Part shown: positions 54,742-64,000 of the stretch, in pieces
Layout: every line of letters starts with the position of its first letter
Position numbering within the stretch: the first letter of the stretch is position 1
From: the human T2T-CHM13v2.0 reference genome, Homo sapiens
Assembly (NCBI RefSeq): GCF_009914755.1
Contig: NC_060929.1
Length of the DNA: 64,000 nt
Reading direction: 5' to 3' (one strand)
Position numbers and translations under genes: made by a program
The notes under the pieces: model-generated
What the model was told of the DNA's origin: nothing
Databases searched by the model: none
What the model saw: the letters and a program-made list of their open reading frames with translations, nothing else

Positions 54742-55248
54742 TTAATACCTTCGTACATCAGGTATGGGTTCTTAAAGCAACATGATTCCTGGAGGGGTTA
54801 GTGCATAATTCAGTTTAATTTAACTATACGTGTTCCAATAAGTAAAGTTCTTTAAAATTATGAGACTGTTTCCTATTGCTGGAAGAATTATGAGATAAGG
54901 TGTATCTCTGAATTCTTCAAAATGTGAGGGTTTTTCATAATGACAGTCTTAGAAAAGTTATTTCTTTCACACACTGCACTTTAAGTTTGGAGTTTGATGA
55001 GAATCTCAAAGTATGGAAGGGGTGGTATTCTGTACATTTGAAATTAAGATGTCATTAGTCAATCCATCTATGTATAGGTTGCTTGCAATAATCTTGACAT
55101 TTGAATTTCTGATAGTATAGATTTTTTTAAATCTTTATTTTAATATGATGGTTTAAGTATCAATATATTTTATGTATTACCTATGATTATAAATTAGCAT
55201 TTAGAAAAAATCTAGCAGCCAAGAATTTCTTAAACTAATGTTAAGTAA

Positions 55249-55564
<316 letters not shown>

Positions 55565-57375
55565 TTGTTTATGTCTTTTAAAACTTTGAGACAATCCTTT
55601 AAAACCTTGTTAACACCAATATTAAAGAAAAATACTAACAATTAATATCCTAAATGAATTTGAAGACATAAGCTGGTCCCTAATCACTACCTAAATGTAA
55701 GGCCAATATATGAGCCTTAAAAATCCCTTTACATAAAAACTAACCTTAAACCACTCACAACCAAAGCGTACGCCTCAAGAATACTAAATTTCAATAGTTT
55801 CCGTCAATACACTTTCACTAAACTAGTTTGTGTTTTTTGCTTTCTGCTGCTATTTTTTTGTTTTGTTTAGACTTTTTTTTCTCTCTTCCTCCTGAGAGAA
55901 GGATAAAATGATGGGAGAGCTGGAAATTCTCTGGGTTACAGGATAAATCCCTCTTGGCTGTATGTGACTGCCTCATTGAGCAGCTGGGAATACTGTAAAG
56001 CAATGCTCAGCACTCGCTCTTATAGTCTTTTATGTAATATAATATATATTTTTAAAATTGATTGTAATTTTTTTTAGCACTTTGGGGGCTGCTGGTGGTC
56101 TCTTTTTCAGGCTAAATAGACCAACTGCTGCTGCTAAAAGAGTTTATTCGACCACCCACACTCGGAAGCACAACCTCCTTCTCCCTGTGTTTCCCTGAAG
56201 TAGCAGTCAGCAAGGCCTGTGCAGTAATGACTGTGAGCAGCCTTCAGGATCAGAAAAATGTCACAGCTTGATCCCTAGAGCCTCCAGTGCCCCCATTCAA
56301 TCAGTGCTCAACTGCATGACGCACCCTGGAACTTAAAATGAAAGTCCTGGATTCATGGCCAAAAATACAAACTCCCTACCGGCTCTTCCTGTGGGAGTTA
56401 TTGAAGTTCTTGGTTAGCCCACCAATGGTTACCTACACTCTCCTTCTGTCCCAGATAGCAAGGAAAAAAAGGCACAACTGTAACATTTTCTGCACAAAGG
56501 CCTCAGCTGGGACGCAGAAGGACTTAAAAACAGCAGGCATATGCGTTTTAAAACAACATTTTGACAGATAAAGTCAAGTGATAAAATATAGTGAACTTAT
56601 AATTACCCCTGCTATTGGAGGCAAGCAAAGAAGGTGATAGGCCAAAACAGGCACATGCCAACTCATGAAATTTCATTTTATTTTCCTCTGAAACTACAGA
56701 ATTTGAGTGTTGTGTGTGTGTGTTTCCAATTATGGTAAGGGGTGATAATTTTCAGGCCCAGATAAATACAGAAGAATGGGAAAAGCAACAATAAATTAAA
56801 ATTGTGCTATAAATATTTCCATACCGCTCTGCGGCAAGAGGCACATACACTTGCTCAAGGAGTATTTACATACAAAATATTGGGTGGCCTATGAGCATCT
56901 ACTTGAGAGATGCCTGATAGAAAATGGACCAGGAGCTTTTGGGCACAGGAAGATAGTGTAATAACTACTTGTAGAAATTTACATCAATAATAATAAAATT
57001 TTGATGACTATACAACCTTATTATCACTGGCATCCCAGGAACTTCTTATATTCTGAGTTTGTTTTCCCAACAGTCTCATTTTCTAAACTTTCAAACTTTG
57101 TTGTTACTTTGATGGAAGTAAGAGTTCAGAAAGAATTAAACCATTTCTATTACTTGCTACCATATTTTGAAATGATTTTCTCCATAGCACAAAACAGCAA
57201 ATTTAATACATGTGACGTGTAAGCAGAGATACATCTTTTAGCATACATACCAAATCTTGGCTCACAATTATTTTAGTTGATAATTTAAATTTATCTTAGA
57301 CCTCAAAGACCAATACCTGTTCATTATTCCATAAATTATAAGATTCAATTATGCAAGCACACTGAAGGTCTTATT

Positions 57376-57698
57376 TATTTATTTATTTATTTATTTTTAA
57401 TTTTTTTTTTTTTTTTGAGACAGAGTCTCGCTCTGTCGCCCAGGCTGGAGTGCAGTGGTGCGATCTCGGCTCACTGCAAGGGCTGCCTCCCGGGTTCACG
57501 CCACGCTCCTGCCTCAGCCTCCTGAGTAGCTGGGACTACAGGCGCCTGTCACCATGCCTGGCTAATTTTTTTGTATTTTTAGTAGAAACGGGGTTTCCCC
57601 GTGTTAGCCAGGATGGTCTCCATCTCCTGACCTCGTGATCTGCCTGCCTCAGCCTCCCAAAGTGCTGGAATTACAGGCGTGAGCCACCGCGCCTGGCC
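57376..57698 (-). mobile_element. AluY-like
   Basis: gggttcacgcca and gtgttagccaggatggtctc are AluY-type; TSD aggtcttatt; (TTTA)n tail. Confidence 0.95.
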
Positions 57699-58040
57699 AG
57701 GTCTTATTAATTTAAAATCAGATTCACACCTGTTTTTGCATATGAACGTTTGTGCAGTAATTTGAGTCCATAATAACTGACTTTATGTTACCTTTATAAA
57801 TTTATAAATGACTATTTCTTTGTGAAATATGGCTTATTTCTTGATTAGGGAGACTAACAAAAGTTCAGCGAATCTGAAGATCCTACTGATAGGTGTGTCG
57901 ATCATTTCTGAGGAAACTGGCATGCTGAGAAGTAAAAAATGTCCCCAAGCTAAAGAATCTTTATTCAAATAGCTGAACAGAGATGGACATGTTAATGAAT
58001 CACTTTTCTCAAAATTTTATTCAAAAAATTATACATTTTT

Positions 58041-58335
<295 letters not shown>

Positions 58336-58400
58336 TCATACATTTTTAAAAGCAAATAATATGATGAATCATATTGATTTACATAAAAATATAGCATTTT

Positions 58401-58707
<307 letters not shown>

Positions 58708-59730
58708 TTATTAGGTAGAAAATAAAATTTGTTTCTTTTGACTCTATTAACCTTATTCAGGTGGGAGTGAAAAATTGTCTCTCATTAGAAAAATGAGTCA
58801 GTTATAAAACTGACAAAATGGTTTAAGGAGAAATTAGAGAAGCAGAAGGTGGTAATTGATTTTTAATGAGGCTTTGTAGTATAAGATTTGACGTAGCTTT
58901 TATTTTAATTATTTCTTCCTCTTATTCATGCCATAAAAGATTGTGTATTCAAAAACAATAAGGGGCAGCAGCATGAGAATTGTTTTGTGAAGAATAATTG
59001 TGTGGTCTTCTAACAAAATTTTGCAAAACATTGCTAACTCTTCTCCCAGAGTTTTGAGAAGAGAGTGATATATTTGTGATGTAGAACTATGAAAGATGAT
59101 AAAGGTAATAAAATTCCACCTGCATTGTATGAATGTTTTCTGTGAGAATCTAAGTTTGCACCTATCATCATCATAATCATCATCATAAATCTATTTATCA
59201 AATACTTACCATGAGACAGATTTTTTTAACCAGAATCTTATCTTATTTAGTTTTCTTTATAGAGCAAATATATCAATTTAGATCTTACGTGAATTGTTAG
59301 ATCCTTGGATCTTACATACAGTATATTAACAATGTCCAGAAGACCAACTTGTGGTGAAAAAAAAAGGTCAGAATATAGTATTCATTCCTATATACAATAT
59401 GAAGCAACATTTATTTTCTGTGTATTTTTCATATAAATATAAATAATTAGTTCCATGTTATGCATACTTTGGGTACAGAAGTAGCTTCTTTGTTACTTAA
59501 TACCAAGTTATAGCAGCCACATTATAAGAATATCATCTCTGCATCAAGCATATGAAAGTACATACCCTGGAAAGTGAAATCCTCTGGGATGAAATCCTCT
59601 GGGACCCACTGGTAATAACCATTCTAGGATATCAGCTGAAAAGTTTAGAAAAAAGATAAACCCCAACTGAATTATGATGCAGAAAGTGCAGAGCAGAAAC
59701 GTTCTTGCAGTGGTTTTTGTTTTGGGCTTC

Positions 59731-60168
59731 CGTGGTAGGCAGAATGATAGCTCTCTAAAGATGCTCATGTTCTTATCCCTAAAACCTATGTTACCTTACA
59801 ATGCTAAAGAGGCTTTCAGATGCGGTTAAGTTAAAGATTTTGAGATGGGGGAGAGTAGCCTGAATTACCTAGGTGGGTCCTATGTAATCACAAGGGTCCT
59901 TGTAAGAGAGAGGTCAGAGTTAGAGAATGAGGTATGAGGATGGAAGCAGCGGTCAGAGTGCAGGAAGGAATGGAAATGCAGGCAACGTCTAGAAGCTGGA
60001 AAAGTCAAAGAAACAGGCAAAAGCCTCTTAAAGCTTCCAGAAAAAATATTGCTCTACCATCCTGCTTTCAGACTTCTGATATGCAGAACTGTAAGATAAT
60101 ATACTCAAGTTGTTTTAGGCTACTAAGTTTGTGGCAATTTGTTATAGTAGGAATGGGAAACTAATACA
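59731..60168 (+). mobile_element. MLT1D-like MaLR solo LTR
   Basis: gtggtaggcagaat...gattttgagatggg...cagaactgtaagataat...ggaaactaataca; ggcttc repeated on both flanks. Confidence 0.85.
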
Positions 60169-60451
60169 GGCTTCACACTCAGAAAGATTCTCATTTAGAC
60201 TATAATCTCCAAATTAATTATACATACATAGTTAGAAATACAATGACATGACTGAAAAATGAAGGCGCTGTTCATTCAAATTTATATCCCATTACTAGAC
60301 CCCCCAGCACTATGACTTTTTAAATAAATCCTTTGTCTTGTGAATAAATAAATGTGTTGTAAATGTTTAAAGCATAATTTTGCTAAATGTATACCACAAT
60401 TTTATAACTTCATTTTGGCATGCCATTACTTTAAAAAAAATAGACTTAAAA

Positions 60452-60731
60452 TACTTTTATGTTCAAGGGCGCAAGTGCAGGTTTGTTACATAGATAAACT
60501 TGTGTCATTGTATAGATTATTTCATCACACAGATATTAAGCCTGGTACCCATTAGTTGTTTTTCTTGATCCTCTCCCTACTTTCACCCTCCATCCTCCAA
60601 AAGGCCCCAGTGTGTGTAGTTTCTTCTATGTGTCCATGTGTTCTCATCATTTAGCTCCCACTTGTAAGTGAGAACATGTGGTAATTGGTTTTCTGTTCCT
60701 GTGTTAGTTTGCTAAGAATAATGGCCTCCAG
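60452..60731 (-). mobile_element. L1PA (older subfamily) 3' end
   Basis: gtgcaggtttgttacatag...gtgttctcatcatttagctcccactt.taagtgagaacatg. Confidence 0.9.
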
Positions 60732-60734
60732 ACC

Positions 60735-60945
60735 ATGAGCCAGATATTGTTAAATATCCGTTACAAACATGAACTTAATGCCTTGAAATAGGTGCTATTA
60801 TTATCACCATTCCCATCATATATACGGTTAAACTAAGGTCCACAGAGTTTAGAAGCTTGCTCCACATCACTTAGACAGGAAGTAGGAGAGCCAGGAATCC
60901 AAATCAGGCAGACTGCTCCAGAGTGCATGTACTTAACTACCATGA
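60735..60945 (-). mobile_element. MIR
   Basis: aggtgctattattatc...aaactaaggtccacagag...ggagagccaggaatccaaatcaggcag. Confidence 0.7.
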
Positions 60946-61857
60946 TGTTTCTTCTGCTTCATGAATTTAAATAAGAAACAGGAAAATTGCTCATTGCCAA
61001 CCCTTTAAAACTGAAGCAGTGGGTTTGCCACCTACTGTCCCCTTTCAACACTTGGTACAGTTTTGATATTTTGAGAGAGTTCAGCCAGTGTGGTACAAGA
61101 CTAATATCTTATCACTTTGTTTGTGCTTGTGAAGGAAGAGTATAGAATTCAGACTAAATAAAAGAGAATCAAATATTCATTTCTCGCTTTCACCAAATAA
61201 GAAATGATTATTAGATTCTCTTATATTTGCAGTCTCTTTTATTTACTCACAAAAATTTATGAGTAAATTTGTAGGGTTGATGGTTCATAATAATGAATTT
61301 CCCAAAATGTCCCTTTTTCTTAGGAGGCAGCATGGTATAATAAATAAGCTGTTTGGAGCATGATTGATATGAGGTAGAATCCCTATCTGGCCACGTCCTC
61401 CCTGTGTGTATTTGGGCATGTTTTCTAAACTTTTGTAGGTACAGTTTCCTCTTTTATAAACTGAAGACACACATCATTAAACTGAAGATAAGCATCATTC
61501 TCACATGGTGATAGAAAAGATAAAATGGAGTGAAAAGACATGCCCTCAAGAAGTCTTATATGTTTTTCCTTTTAACTTGTGTTTCTTAGAACAGTGTTGT
61601 TCAAGCCTGGTTGCTCATCAAAACCTGTATGGAGCTTCTAAATACCAAATGCCTGGACCCTAACCGTGAAACTTCAGAGTATCAGTTAAGAATTTAAAAC
61701 ACTTGCTTTACATAAAGTGCCCAATTTTCTCTGGAGCTGATGAGATGTCACAGGACAATGGATTTCCATTCAAGTCCTCTCAATCATTTCTCACTTTGGA
61801 GAAAAAGCAGCAGCTAATGCTGTATGACCAGAATAATGTATTCCTCAAATGACCACT

Positions 61858-62072
61858 GGCCGGGCACAGCACTCATGCCTGTAATCCCAGCACTTTGGGA
61901 GGCCGAGGCAGGCGGATCACGAGGTCAGGAGATCGAGACCATCCTGGCTAACACGGTGAAAACCTCTCTCTACTAAAAATACAAAAAATTAGCTGGGCAT
62001 GGTGGCAGGTGCCTGCAGTCCCAGCTACTCGGAAGGCTGAGGCAGGAGAATGGCATGAACCTGGTAGGCAGG
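61858..62072 (+). mobile_element. AluY-like, 3'-truncated
   Basis: Alu stops in the right arm after gaacctggtaggcag and joins MLT1-like 3' sequence; no A tail. Confidence 0.88.
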
Positions 62073-62283
62073 CTCACAGATTCATGAGATAAAAAATAAT
62101 TGGTGTTTTAAATCACAAAGTTTTCAGGTGTTTGTTGCATAACAAAGCCTATATGGGAAAAAATCCTTGAATTTTCTAATCATTATCATTGCTTTAGTGA
62201 AGGGAACTGTGCCTCAGGTTGTTCTGATGATAATCCAAACCTCATTTCCAGATAATTGTAATTTACTTATCTGTTTAGAACAT

Positions 62284-63580
62284 GTGATAAAGAATTTGTT
62301 GTTGGTCAGAAAGTGATCTGGCCTTTGCCTCACATTCTGGGAAGTAATCAATATCATACACTTCTGTCATCAAAGGAGGGTTTGTTTAGACCAAGGGTTG
62401 GCCATACCAGATATTAGGATGGGATGAGGCTTGCAACACGTAAGTTTTAGGACATGAAATGACGAGGCCAGAAACACTAACCATGTGATTAAGAAGTTGG
62501 GGGGTGTCTTTGGGTCATATGATAATCTGTTGACTTCAATATTGAATTCAATCATGTGGATAATCACTCAATCATACATATGTAATTAATCCCCCCCCCC
62601 AAATCTCCAAATACTGTATCTCTGGTAAGCTTCTCTTGTTGGCAGCACTACATGTATATTGTCATATATTAGTTCTGGAAAGACAATGTGTCTTGAGGAC
62701 AACAGAATCTTCATATTTAGAACCCTTCCAGGCTTTGCCCTGAACAACTCTTTCTTTGGTTGATTTTAATTTGTATTTTTTCCTGATACTAAAGTAAAAT
62801 CATGGCTAAAATAACTTTTAATGGGTTTTGTGAAGGCTTCTAGCAAATCATCAAAACTTAGGGTGGTTTTAGAAATTTCCCAAACCTACAGTTTGTGTCA
62901 GACATCTTGAATAGACCTGGCAATGCCCTCAAACTTTGAAGTTTGTCTAACTCTAGGTAGCTGGTACCAGGAGTGGAGTGGATGTTTCCAAGAATGACCC
63001 TGACTCACTGAAACATGTGGTTTGAAAAAAGAATGAATAAGTGGTAAGAGGATAAATGATTTTTCGATGGTCATGGGGTTACCAATAGTATGGAGCTGCA
63101 GATGTGTTGTGATCAATTAATGAAAGCAAAAGTTACCAATAGAGTTAAGGAATAATGGATCAAACTCTTGAAGAGTTTGAATGCATAATGGCATGCAAAG
63201 TAGTAAGAAATAAACTAAATCTACAATTTCTTGGTTATTGATATCTGTAATAGCTAAAATTAAAGAAAGGGAAAAAATTGAAGTGGATACTGATACTGGG
63301 CCAAGCTTGGATTCTGGCTGGTTCAAATTACAGCTTCTTGCCTCAACTCTCCTACCAATAAATAAAATAAAAATAAAACCAAAAATATATTAAGGTAAAT
63401 GCTCACTTTGCACCTGGCTTATATCTTTACCAGTCTGAATCATAACTTACAGGCCCCTACCAAGGGGTAAAGTTAAAATAAAATCATATGAGTGAGTAAA
63501 ATGATTAGAGGGTGGGAAAGAGACATTTCTGGGACTCTGTGGCATGGGAACTCTATGTATTATGATTCCAAAAGAAAATG
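62284..63580 (+). mobile_element. MER77/MER21-like ERVL LTR (~62284-62960) with PBS and 5' internal sequence
   Basis: LTR motifs aaccatgtgatta, gaattcaatcatgtgg, gaggacaacagaatcttca..tttagaaccctt; followed by tggtaccaggagtggagt (62962-62979), complementary to tRNA-Leu(UAA) 3' end. Confidence 0.7.
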
Positions 63581-63649
63581 AAAATGAATATTGTCTCAGG
63601 GACTAGGAAATACCATCAAACATATCTACATAAACATAATGTTAAACTC

Positions 63650-64000
63650 AAAGAACATGAAAGAGAAAGATCAGAAAATATTTGAAGAAATAATTGCTTA
63701 AATCTTTCTAAGTTTGATACAAGACATTAATCTACACATCTAAAAAATCTCACTAGATTCCAAGAGATCCACACCTAGATATGTCATAATAAAATGGTTA
63801 AAAGCCAAGCAAAAAGACTAATTTGAAAGTTGCAAGACAGAAGGGACTCATAACTTATAAAAAATCCTCAGTAAGATCAACAATTGATTTATCATCAGAA
63901 ACATTATAGCCAGAAGGCAGTAGGATGACATATTCAAAGTGCTAGAAAATTAAAAAGCTATCAGCAAAGAATTCTATATTGACAAAACTATCCTCCAAAA
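63650..64000 (+). mobile_element. Old L1 ORF1 fragment (runs off the window)
   Basis: Degenerate ORF1 motifs IFEEII, STPRYVIIK, DLSSETL, DDIFKVL, RILY. Confidence 0.8.

Overview
AT-rich, repeat-dense primate (human-like; AluY-type elements present) intergenic or intronic DNA. I could not identify an intact protein-coding gene. Recognisable content: (1) a processed pseudogene of KATNBL1 (CDS homology 52666-53923, +), disabled by an early stop, frameshifts and an Alu insertion; (2) a complete-structure MER57-type provirus (44927-51796, +) with paired LTRs, tRNA-Leu PBS, PPT, 4-bp TSD, integrase/env remnants and an internal 305-bp duplication much younger than the provirus; (3) a very degraded class-I ERV pol fossil on the minus strand (~30440-33300); (4) a tailless 5S rRNA retropseudogene with TSDs (6151-6224); (5) several multi-level nests of L1/L2/MIR/Alu/LTR/DNA transposons; and (6) small templated rearrangements (a micro-inversion in an Alu, a palindrome at an Alu tail, inverted L1 duplications). 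Repeat subfamily names are recalled from consensus sequences by eye and need RepeatMasker/Dfam confirmation. I did not find convincing evidence of a new biological system. The best leads are the young internal duplication in the provirus, the LTR-to-pseudogene arrangement, a possible hAT transposase fossil and a candidate antisense exon in the ERV fossil.
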